Below, in pieces: positions 18,345-26,069 of a stretch of 35,784 bases of DNA. The stretch covers positions 1 through 35,784 of the forward strand of contig JBGANF010000084.1 in assembly GCA_044222475.1 (NCBI GenBank), read 5' to 3'. Each line of letters opens with the position of its first letter. Position 1 is the first letter of the stretch. The notes under the pieces were generated by a model. It was not told where the DNA came from. It did no database searches and saw only the letters and a list, made by a program, of their open reading frames with translations. Source of the stretch: Polyangiaceae bacterium. Lineage in GTDB: Bacteria; Myxococcota_A; Polyangia; Polyangiales; Polyangiaceae. Position numbers and translations under genes: made by a program.

Positions 18345-18916
18345 TGGCGAGCTCGTTCTTCTCCCTCGAGCTCTGCATGCGCATCGAAGCAGGGTCGACG
18401 CTGCTGGACGAGATGCGCACGCTCATCCTCGCCCAAGCACCGACGTGCTCGCTGAACGACAAGTGGCAGGTCGCGCAGCGGGCCGCCTCGCTCCTCCTCG
18501 GGAACCTTCACCACGCCGAGCGCGGATGCTGGGAGTACTTCGACGACGAAAAGAAGGCGAAGGAGCTCTGGACCGATTGGAGCAAGGTCGTCGAGACGAA
18601 GAACGGCGCGCGCACCACCCCGTCGGGCCCGATCGATCCGTACCGCGGGGCGGCGCGCTACATGACGGTGACCATGGCGTACCTGCTCGTGCGCGACTCG
18701 CCGACGGACGAGATGCTCCGCATGGTGTGCAACGTCGGCGATGCCCGGCTGTGGAAGCGCGAGACGTTCACCGCGATCCTCAGCGCGATCCCGCAGATGA
18801 GCTTCGCCAGCGTCCGCGGCGACACGCTCTACATGATCCCGGGCGACGACGAGTGGGGGCTGACCTCCGAGGACCTCGCGGACGCGAAGTTCAAGTACCT
18901 CCGCACGATCACCTAG
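18344..18916 (+). CDS. DUF1517-like soluble protein (190 aa)
   Basis: TGATG overlap with the upstream gene. AASLLL, RYMTVTMAYL and the C-terminus YMIPGDDEWGLTSEDLADAKFKYLRTI resemble the DUF1517 pattern (W.P......L...EL...YP.L..L). Family call is from memory. Confidence 0.6.
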   Translation: MASSFFSLELCMRIEAGSTLLDEMRTLILAQAPTCSLNDKWQVAQRAASLLLGNLHHAERGCWEYFDDEKKAKELWTDWSKVVETKNGARTTPSGPIDPYRGAARYMTVTMAYLLVRDSPTDEMLRMVCNVGDARLWKRETFTAILSAIPQMSFASVRGDTLYMIPGDDEWGLTSEDLADAKFKYLRTIT

Positions 18917-19632
18917 AACCAGCTCTCCCAGATGCCGGCGCTCGTCTCCGCGCCGTGAAGCGTCGCCGAGATGCGCTCGCGCTTTCCGCCGAAGCCCTCG
19001 ATCTGATGAAGCCGGTAGCTGTCGAGCAGCACCGCGTCGCCCACGCCGTAGCGAATCGTCTCCGAGCGCGTCGCTACTTCCTCCGCGGTCGCGTGCTCTC
19101 GTCCCGAGTAGCGCGCGTCGTGGACTCGCAGCCCACCCCGATCGTCGGGCGTCTGCAACATCACGATGAGCGACACGGCTCGCTTGCGAGCGCGTGCGTG
19201 ATCCTTCGCGAGGCCCTCGACGTCGTAGTGAACGACGCCGCCTCTGCGAGCCACGACCTCGCGGGGAGGAAACACGTGAACGCCCGCAGCGCACCAGCCG
19301 CGACGTTTCACGACGCGCCCTCCGACGAAGAGCGCGAGGAGCTTGCGCATCTCCTCTTGGAAGCCCGGCAGAACGGTCTCGACGCGCTCGTCCGAGCGCG
19401 CCGCGTCCGCGAAGTACTCGGCGGAGCGGCCCGTCTCGAAATGCGTGTAGAATGCACGCCCGAGCGCAAACTGCTCGCCGCCGAAGTCGGGCGTCCACGA
19501 CGCGCGCGCGGTGAGCACGGCTTCGGCGAGCGCGCGGCAACGATCCGCCGAGATCATCCCGCGCACGACGACCGCTCCCGTTGCGGGGAAGAGCGCGACG
19601 GAGTCTGCCGCGTCGGCGCGCTCGACGATCAC
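18913..19632 (-). CDS. Fe(II)/2-oxoglutarate dioxygenase superfamily protein (239 aa)
   Basis: VVVRGMIS, HxD (VHYD), SLIVMLQ...GGLRV, GDAVLLDSYRLHQI (distal His) and RIS (2OG-binding RxS). The GTG overlaps the stop of the GH5 gene. Confidence 0.85.
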   Translation of the reverse strand: MIVERADAADSVALFPATGAVVVRGMISADRCRALAEAVLTARASWTPDFGGEQFALGRAFYTHFETGRSAEYFADAARSDERVETVLPGFQEEMRKLLALFVGGRVVKRRGWCAAGVHVFPPREVVARRGGVVHYDVEGLAKDHARARKRAVSLIVMLQTPDDRGGLRVHDARYSGREHATAEEVATRSETIRYGVGDAVLLDSYRLHQIEGFGGKRERISATLHGAETSAGIWESWF

Positions 19633-21047
19633 TTGGCGCGGAGCTCCAGCACGACGTCGGCGGTGCCGTCGGACGACACCGCGAGGACTCCAGGCGTCTT
19701 CGCGTCGTAGCAGCCCCCGGCGAGGGACACGTCGTACCCCGACGGGTACACGCGCGCGGGCAACGCGATCTCGCTGATGCCCGGGTTCGCCGGGGAGAAT
19801 CGCAGCGTGAACGATCGCGTCGTGGGATCGAAGTGCGAGGAGACGTTCGTCCCCGCAGTCGCCTTCGCGTACGGCCGGGCGGCCGCGACGGCGAGCGCGT
19901 TCTCCGTTCCGTCGGGAGCGGTCAGCCCGAACGTCTCCGAGTTCCAGTCCTCGACGGCGGTGCTGTACTCCCACACGGTTCCGCTGAGACCGTAGGCATC
20001 CAGCGCGTCGAAGTCTCCTCCGAGCCAACGGCCGGCGTACTCGAGCTCGTGGCGCAGGCCGAACTCGCCGACGAACACCGGGACGTTCCACGCTGCGCCG
20101 ACGTCGGACCACACCTTCATGAGGTCGACGACCACCTCCGGATCGGCGCGGCCTGCCGGGTAGAAGTGCGGAGCGAACACCACGTTCTCCCCGAGTGGCT
20201 TTCCCAAGGTGGTCTGGAGGAACGCGCCGTCGGTCCCGATCGTGTCGACGAAGACGAGCGCCTTCGGCGCCTTCGCGTGGATGCGCGCGATCGCGCGGGA
20301 GTAGAAGTCGCGCAACGTCGTCGCCTCGAACGTCGTCGGGTCCGCGCTCCCGGCTGCCGGCTCGTTCAGCGGCTCGAAGCCGATCACGCCGGGCCGACCC
20401 GCATATCGCGCCGCCATCCGATCCCACAGCGCGAGCATCGCGTCTTGGATCGGCGACGCGTCCGCCCAGAAGCGATCGAACGCGGCGATCACGGCGGGGT
20501 CCTTGAAGTAGCCGAGCTGCCACTGCGGACAATCATGGTGCGGCGCCGGTACGGGATCGGGGATGGTCCACGCCGGGAAGCCGTCGCCGCAGAACGCCTC
20601 GGCGTAGAGATCCTGGTGGAAGTCGACGACGACCCACATCCCGCGCGCGTGCGCGCCGTCGACGAGCGCGTCGTAGCGCTTCAGGAACGCTTCGTCGTCG
20701 GTGCCCTTCGTCGGCTCGACCGCGGCCCACGTGAACGGAACGCGCAGGACGTCGAAGCCCCATCCCCGCGCGCGATCGAGGTACGCCGCGAGCCGCGCGT
20801 CGAAGTCGTTCGGCGAGAAGTCGAACGGCATGAACGGCGCGAACTTGCTCCGACCGCCGGCGTTCGCTCCGCGAAGCAGGACGACTCGGCCCGCGGAGTC
20901 GCGGAACGCGCGACCGTCGACGCGCAAGCTGCCGTCGACGGCGGGGAGCTCGATCGGGCACGTGCGCGCAGGCGTGGGCGTGGTCGATGAAGACCCGCAC
21001 GCGAGCGCGACGGCGACGGCGAGGAGCGCGTGCGGGCGAACGGTCAA
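19629..21047 (-). CDS. GH5 endoglycoceramidase-like glycoside hydrolase, lipoprotein (472 aa)
   Basis: Lipobox ALAC; LRGAN, LRVPFTWAAVEP, VDFHQDLY, GDGFPAW, acid/base NEP, APHFY, nucleophile VGEFG; C-terminal beta-sandwich starting RPYAKATAG. The TTG start overlaps the upstream stop. Confidence 0.88.
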   Translation of the reverse strand: MTVRPHALLAVAVALACGSSSTTPTPARTCPIELPAVDGSLRVDGRAFRDSAGRVVLLRGANAGGRSKFAPFMPFDFSPNDFDARLAAYLDRARGWGFDVLRVPFTWAAVEPTKGTDDEAFLKRYDALVDGAHARGMWVVVDFHQDLYAEAFCGDGFPAWTIPDPVPAPHHDCPQWQLGYFKDPAVIAAFDRFWADASPIQDAMLALWDRMAARYAGRPGVIGFEPLNEPAAGSADPTTFEATTLRDFYSRAIARIHAKAPKALVFVDTIGTDGAFLQTTLGKPLGENVVFAPHFYPAGRADPEVVVDLMKVWSDVGAAWNVPVFVGEFGLRHELEYAGRWLGGDFDALDAYGLSGTVWEYSTAVEDWNSETFGLTAPDGTENALAVAAARPYAKATAGTNVSSHFDPTTRSFTLRFSPANPGISEIALPARVYPSGYDVSLAGGCYDAKTPGVLAVSSDGTADVVLELRAK

Positions 21048-21388
21048 GGACACTTCGCGACGGCTTCGTACGGCACCTTGATGAACAGATCGCGGTAGCC
21101 CTGACACCCCTTCGCGCCTGCTCCGGACACGGGATTCCCAGGATCGTGGTAGCAGTTGCACGAGTCGCCATCGTTGTAGTGCTCCAACGAGCAGCAATCG
21201 CCGACGGTCGTGCACGACGAAACGAGGCTCCGGGAACCGCCAGGGTCAGGGTCCTTCCCTTTCATGCAGAAGCAGGCGGCTGCATCTTCGCGGCAAGTGA
21301 AGGCCGACGCGGTAGAACCCGATCCGGCGCACGCGATGACGACCGACATGGCCACGATCGCCCCGACCCCATGCTTCTTGGTCAACAC
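21044..21388 (-). CDS. Small Cys-rich lipoprotein (114 aa)
   Basis: MLTKKHGVGAIVAMSVVIAC signal and 10 further Cys. TGG-TACGCT (extended -10) lies 7 nt upstream of the GTG. Confidence 0.7.
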   Translation of the reverse strand: MLTKKHGVGAIVAMSVVIACAGSGSTASAFTCREDAAACFCMKGKDPDPGGSRSLVSSCTTVGDCCSLEHYNDGDSCNCYHDPGNPVSGAGAKGCQGYRDLFIKVPYEAVAKCP

Positions 21389-21427
21389 GCCATTCAGCGT
21401 ACCAACTGCGGCTTCACCCCTCAATCC

Positions 21428-22072
21428 TCACGGCCGACTTGGATCGCGGCGCTTCAGCTCCGCGCGGATCGCCTTCGCGTCGGAGAGCTTGCCGGTGTCT
21501 TCGTAGGTGCGGCCGAGCTTGTCGAGCATGTCGAGCGCTCGTGCGTCGTCATGGCTCAGCATGCGGAAGAAGTCGTATGCCCTTGCCGGGTCGCCGCGGA
21601 TCGCGAAGACGGGCACGACGTCGCGCAGCGCGGCGTCGCGGATCGTCTTCGCGCCCTGCACCTCGGGGTGGGCCGCGCCGAAGTCGATCGCCTTCTTGAA
21701 CATGACGAGCGCGTGGTCGAAGTCGCTCAGGTTCCAGTACACGTACGCGAGCTTGTAGGCCGCGTAGCCGTACAGGGGGTTGTCCGGAGGCGTCAACGCG
21801 GCTTCGTAGTGAGGCTTCGCGTTCGCGAGTCGGCCCGGATCGCGTGTCGCGGCGTCGAGCTCGGCGTCGCCCTTCTCGACGTGGGCGCGGGCGGCTTCGT
21901 ATCCGTCGTCCGCGACGGCCGGCGCAGCGCTCGTTGTCGGAGCGGGGGCGAGGGCGGGTGTCACGGCGGGCGCCGGATCCTGCGCCGGCCGCGCGTCGTG
22001 GACGACCGGCAGCTCTCGGGCGCCGCACGCCACCACCGCCGCCAGGATCCAAGCTGCGTGCGCGCGCGGCAT
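21428..22072 (-). CDS. TPR lipoprotein (214 aa) homologous to one internal segment of the GltD/AgmU-like protein at 26070
   Basis: Signal MPRAHAAWILAAVVAC and a Pro/Ala linker. NPLYGYAAYKLAYVYWN...FKKAIDFG...RDVVPVFAIRGDP...LGRTYEDTG aligns by eye with NPLYGYAWYKLAYVFWN...FKKTVDFG...RDVIPVYALKGDP...LGTSYLDTG in the 26070 ORF. Confidence 0.85.
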   Translation of the reverse strand: MPRAHAAWILAAVVACGARELPVVHDARPAQDPAPAVTPALAPAPTTSAAPAVADDGYEAARAHVEKGDAELDAATRDPGRLANAKPHYEAALTPPDNPLYGYAAYKLAYVYWNLSDFDHALVMFKKAIDFGAAHPEVQGAKTIRDAALRDVVPVFAIRGDPARAYDFFRMLSHDDARALDMLDKLGRTYEDTGKLSDAKAIRAELKRRDPSRP

Positions 22073-22078
22073 GCGGAC

Positions 22079-22106
22079 CTGGACACCGCGCGCGTCGCGA
22101 AGTTCC
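22079..22106 (-). promoter_or_regulatory. ECF (RpoE/AlgU-type) promoter for the TPR lipoprotein
   Basis: Minus strand reads GGAACTT-N16-TCCAG-N6-ATG(22072), matching the GGAACTT-N16-TCnnA type consensus. Confidence 0.55.
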
Positions 22107-22112
22107 GAGCGC

Positions 22113-22862
22113 TCAGCGCGGGAGCGCGAAGGGCTTTGGCGGGGCGCCCAGCGCGGGGAGGTCTGCGTCCTGGATGCTGAGCGTCTCTTGGTGGGATTGG
22201 CAGGAGGCGCCGCCATCGGCGACGGGTTGGACGACGATGGTCATCGAGATGCCGCTCCCCGGTCGGGACTGCACGTCGACGACGTCGGAGAACGATGCTC
22301 CAGCCACCGCGACCAGCACGCGCGGGCTCGTCGGCCGGACGCGAAGCGTGGGGTTGCCGCTGGCGAGCACGCGCTCCACCGTCACGACCGGGCCGCTCAC
22401 GTGGCACTGCACGTTGGTCGTCGCGATCGGAACGGTGACCTTCGCTCCGTCGGCGATCGACGCCCACGGGATGGTGACCCGCTCCACCGTCCTCGAGCAG
22501 CGCTCCGTGGAGGTTCCCATCTCGACCTCGACGGCGACGCTCGTGGTGTCGCCGATCGTGACTTGGACGTCACCGGTGCCGCTCCCCGCCGCGGGACCGC
22601 TCGCGGTCTTGACGGTGATCGTGCGCTCGGGCGACTGCGCGACGAACCGATAGACCGCGCCGTGGCGCTCCACCGTGATCGCGTCTCCTTCGCGGAAGCG
22701 GCACGGTGGGACCGCGGGATCGCTGACCTGGTACGCCTCGGGGTGCGAGACGTAGTCCGGCGGCGGACGTTCGGGCGTCGCCGCATGCTTGCACCCTGCA
22801 ACGAGCGCGGCGCCCAGCAGGATCTCGCGACGACGGAGGACTGCCCTTCGGCTGCGCGTCAT
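22113..22862 (-). CDS. Predicted lipoprotein of unknown function (249 aa)
   Basis: MTRSRRAVLRRREILLGAALVAGC (Arg-rich N-region plus lipobox) and a beta-rich body. TACGAT (22870-22875) lies 7 nt upstream of ATG 22862. Confidence 0.75.
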   Translation of the reverse strand: MTRSRRAVLRRREILLGAALVAGCKHAATPERPPPDYVSHPEAYQVSDPAVPPCRFREGDAITVERHGAVYRFVAQSPERTITVKTASGPAAGSGTGDVQVTIGDTTSVAVEVEMGTSTERCSRTVERVTIPWASIADGAKVTVPIATTNVQCHVSGPVVTVERVLASGNPTLRVRPTSPRVLVAVAGASFSDVVDVQSRPGSGISMTIVVQPVADGGASCQSHQETLSIQDADLPALGAPPKPFALPR

Positions 22863-22867
22863 CGAGC

Positions 22868-23899
22868 TCATCGTACCCAGCGAAACGAGAGCTCGGTGCG
22901 CATTTCACCGGCGACGGGCGATCCGTCGAGCGGAACTCGAAACCCTGCGCGCAGCGGCTCGAACCCGACGGCGAGGTGACGTCGGTCGACGAGGAGCTCG
23001 ACCGGATAGGGACTCCACGCGAACGCGATCGCGTCGGACCGCGAGCCGCCGGTGACGAACGCGATCTCCGGCAGGAACACGCCGAAGAACGTCCCGGTGC
23101 GCGCGATGCCCCTCGCGTAGCGCATGACCGGCTGAATGCCGAGGCGCACCATCGGAGCGCCGTCGGTCGCGAGCACCTCGGCGCGGAGGTCCACGCCGCG
23201 ATCGTTTCCGATGAGCGAGTCGGCCGGAGCGAAGAGCAGAAGGAGCGGCACGCCACACCCGAACGGCGTGCACCAACGAAGCCCATGCGACACCGGCCAC
23301 GAGAACTTCTCGCCGTGCTCTTCTCGGATCTCGTCGCGCACGGCGTGGAGGCCGACGACCACGTTGCCACCGCCGGCGAAGGATTGGCGATCGACGATCG
23401 CGCCCACGCCGCCCGCGCCGATCTCGAGGGCGAAGCCGCGTCGGTCCTCCCAATCGCGCGGAGGCGTTCGCGGTCGTTCGACCTCGACGCTGGGCACGGC
23501 CACCAGCAGCGGTTGCGCGACGCCCTTCACCGACAGCTCGCGCGACCCGAGCCGGTAGACCCCGGTCTCGACCGGCGCCGTCCATCGGTACACGCGCGCG
23601 CCGTCGCACGCGCGCGCCGTTTCGACGAGGTAGCCGCCGTACTCGCCGGTCGTCTTCGTGACCAGAACCGACGTCGGGCTCACGGCACCGCTCGCGACGA
23701 CGCCGGCCTCGTTGCACGTCGCGCTGCAGGTCGCGATGAGCTCGACGTCGGAGCCGCCGGCCACCGTCCCTTCGGCGCTCGCGCACGAGCGGTCGACGAG
23801 GCGGGCGCTGCAGTCGTAGCTGCAGGCCGCGCGAGCGGCGCGGGTCCCGACGAGGGTGGCGATGCCGACGAAGAGCGATACGATGAGGATCCGGCGCAT
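22868..23899 (-). CDS. Secreted / outer-membrane hypothetical protein (343 aa)
   Basis: Sec signal ending ARA, a Cys-containing N-terminal domain, and a C-terminal region of amphipathic beta-strands ending TELSFRWVR. Confidence 0.75.
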   Translation of the reverse strand: MRRILIVSLFVGIATLVGTRAARAACSYDCSARLVDRSCASAEGTVAGGSDVELIATCSATCNEAGVVASGAVSPTSVLVTKTTGEYGGYLVETARACDGARVYRWTAPVETGVYRLGSRELSVKGVAQPLLVAVPSVEVERPRTPPRDWEDRRGFALEIGAGGVGAIVDRQSFAGGGNVVVGLHAVRDEIREEHGEKFSWPVSHGLRWCTPFGCGVPLLLLFAPADSLIGNDRGVDLRAEVLATDGAPMVRLGIQPVMRYARGIARTGTFFGVFLPEIAFVTGGSRSDAIAFAWSPYPVELLVDRRHLAVGFEPLRAGFRVPLDGSPVAGEMRTELSFRWVR

Positions 23900-23908
23900 G
23901 ACCCTCGG

Positions 23909-23936
23909 TAGACGCGCCAGGAGGCCCGAGCTTACA
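23909..23936 (-). promoter_or_regulatory. Candidate ECF-type promoter for the gene at 23899
   Basis: Minus strand TGTAAG-N16-CGTCTA ends 9 nt before the ATG; CGT at -10 is typical of many ECF promoters. Confidence 0.35.
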
Positions 23937-23965
23937 TGGTCAAATCGTCGTGACTCAGACCTGCG

Positions 23966-23993
23966 TTGACAAACGCCGCGGCTCGGCCATGCT
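23966..23993 (+). promoter_or_regulatory. Sigma70-type promoter of the amylase gene
   Basis: Perfect TTGACA (23966-23971)-N16-CATGCT (23988-23993)-N7-ATG 24001. Confidence 0.65.
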
Positions 23994-24000
23994 GCGCCCG

Positions 24001-26004
24001 ATGCGCCGGCTGCTCGCCCCCGTCTTCCTGCTTTCTTGTGCCTTCACCGCTGCGGCGTGCGGGAGCGACGCGACCAAGAACCGCGATTTCGGCGACCCGC
24101 CGGACGCGGCACTGTTCGACCCCGGGAACGGCTCGGGCGGAAGCTACGACGCGAGCGGGCCCGCCCCGTTCGTCTGCCCCGACGAGCTGAAGGCCTGCGC
24201 CGCCGAGTTCACGTTCCCGGTCGGCAACGAGACCTCGGTCGAGCTCCGCGGTGACTACCGCGGGCCCGAGTCGTGGGTCAGCGGCGACCTCCTCACCAAG
24301 GTCGGCCCGCTGTGGAAGGTCACGGTCAACGTGCCCTTCAATAAACCTGTACAATACAAGTACTACGTCAACGGCTCGACGTGGACCCTCCACCCGACCG
24401 ACCCCACGGTCTCCGACGGCAACGGCAACACGAACAACGTGCGCGCCGGCGTCACGTGCGCGCCCGCCATCTGCGACGAGCCGCCGCTCCCGCCGGCCGG
24501 CGTCTTCGACTGGCGCGACTCGGTCATCTACTTCGTCTTCGTCGATCGCTTCTTCGACGGCGATCCCTCGAACAACGGCTCGACGCCGAACGGCGTGCTC
24601 CCGCCTGGCGCCTACCAAGGCGGCGACTGGAAGGGCGTGACCGCGAAGATCAACGCGGGCTACTTCGACGACCTCGGAGTGAACACGCTGTGGCTCACGG
24701 TTCCGGTGAAGAACGCGGACACGTTCGCCGGCAAGGGCGTCGGCGGCGACAGCCACTACTACTCGAGCTACCACGGCTATTGGCCGCTCGATCCGAACCA
24801 GCCGGAGCCGCGCTTCGGCACGCTCCAGGATCTGAAGGCGCTCGTGACCGCGGCCCACGCGAAGAAGATCAAGATCCTCTTCGACTACGCGATGGTCCAC
24901 GTCCAGAAGGACAGCCCGGTCTACCAGAGCAACCCGGGGTGGTTCTGGCCGAACTCGTTCAACAACGGCGACTGCATCTGCGGGCAGAACTGCTCGTGGG
25001 ACGCCCAAGGCGACCGCTGCTGGTTCACCGACTACCTGCCGCACTGGAACTACACGGTGCCCGCCGCGCGCGACTACTCGGTGAACAACGCGGTGCAGTG
25101 GATCAAGGACACCGGCGCCGATGGCTTCCGGCTCGACGCGATCAAGCACGTCGACGGGAGCTGGCTCACCCAGCTGCGCAGCAAGATCCAGAGCGACGTC
25201 GTTCCGCTCACGAACCCGCCGCAGCGCTTCTACATGGTCGGCGAGACGTACGACTTCTACAACCGCGACTTCATCAAGGGCTTCGTCGATCCGAAGACCA
25301 AGATGGATGGCCAGTTCGACTTCCCGCTCCGCCGCATCCTCGTGGATACGATGCTCCTCAAGAGCTCGGGCATGGACTCGATGGCGTCGTTCATCGACGG
25401 CAACGAGTACTTCTACGGCGCGAACGCGATCATGAGCACGTTCGTCGGCAACCACGACCTGCCGCGCGTGATTCACCTCGCCGAGGAGCCGCCCAAGTGG
25501 GGCGGCCAAGGTGACGACGGCAAGAACCTCGCGTGGCAGAACCAGCCCGGGCTTCCGAATCAACGCAAGGCGTTCGAGAAGCTCGCGAACGCGTTCGCGG
25601 TGCTGTTCACGATCAAGGGCGCGCCGCTCGTCTACTACGGCGACGAGATCGGTCTGCCCGGCGCGGGCGACCCCGACAACCGGCGCTTCATGCAGTGGAG
25701 CACGCTCAACACGGACCAACAGTTCCTGCGCGATCGCATGAAGGCGCTGCTCGCGATCCGCAACGCGCACCCGGCGCTCCGGCGCGGCGTGCGGACGACG
25801 ATCTCGTCGAGCAGTGATCACTGGTTCTTCTCGGCGAAGACGACGGGCGACCAGGTGTACGTCGCGATCAATCGGGGCGACAGCGATCGCACGGTGAACG
25901 GGCTCCCGGCCGGCACGCTCACCGAGCTGGTGACGAACACGACGTCGACCGGTCCGACGACGACCGTTCCTGCGCGTCAGACCCGCGTGTGGATCGCGAA
26001 GTAG
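24001..26004 (+). CDS. GH13 alpha-amylase-family lipoprotein with an N-terminal CBM48-like carbohydrate-binding module (667 aa)
   Basis: Signal MRRLLAPVFLLSCAFTAAAC; VELRGDY...QYKYYVNGSTW (CBM48/AMPK-beta-like); IYFVFVDRFFDGD, GGDWKG, YHGYW; catalytic DGFRLDAIKH, VGE and VGNHD; YYGDEIG. Confidence 0.95.
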   Translation: MRRLLAPVFLLSCAFTAAACGSDATKNRDFGDPPDAALFDPGNGSGGSYDASGPAPFVCPDELKACAAEFTFPVGNETSVELRGDYRGPESWVSGDLLTKVGPLWKVTVNVPFNKPVQYKYYVNGSTWTLHPTDPTVSDGNGNTNNVRAGVTCAPAICDEPPLPPAGVFDWRDSVIYFVFVDRFFDGDPSNNGSTPNGVLPPGAYQGGDWKGVTAKINAGYFDDLGVNTLWLTVPVKNADTFAGKGVGGDSHYYSSYHGYWPLDPNQPEPRFGTLQDLKALVTAAHAKKIKILFDYAMVHVQKDSPVYQSNPGWFWPNSFNNGDCICGQNCSWDAQGDRCWFTDYLPHWNYTVPAARDYSVNNAVQWIKDTGADGFRLDAIKHVDGSWLTQLRSKIQSDVVPLTNPPQRFYMVGETYDFYNRDFIKGFVDPKTKMDGQFDFPLRRILVDTMLLKSSGMDSMASFIDGNEYFYGANAIMSTFVGNHDLPRVIHLAEEPPKWGGQGDDGKNLAWQNQPGLPNQRKAFEKLANAFAVLFTIKGAPLVYYGDEIGLPGAGDPDNRRFMQWSTLNTDQQFLRDRMKALLAIRNAHPALRRGVRTTISSSSDHWFFSAKTTGDQVYVAINRGDSDRTVNGLPAGTLTELVTNTTSTGPTTTVPARQTRVWIAK

Positions 26005-26069
26005 CGCGCGTTCGAGCCAAGAACATTCCAGTCGAGTGGTTCTGAGGAGGCACGCGGAAGCGAGGTCTC

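Noticed and set aside
26020..26045. AGAAC-N14-GTTCT inverted repeat / GAACAT...TCTGA ECF-like element upstream of the GltD-like gene
   Set aside because: The spacer is 14 nt rather than 16-17, and the 5-bp arms could be chance.
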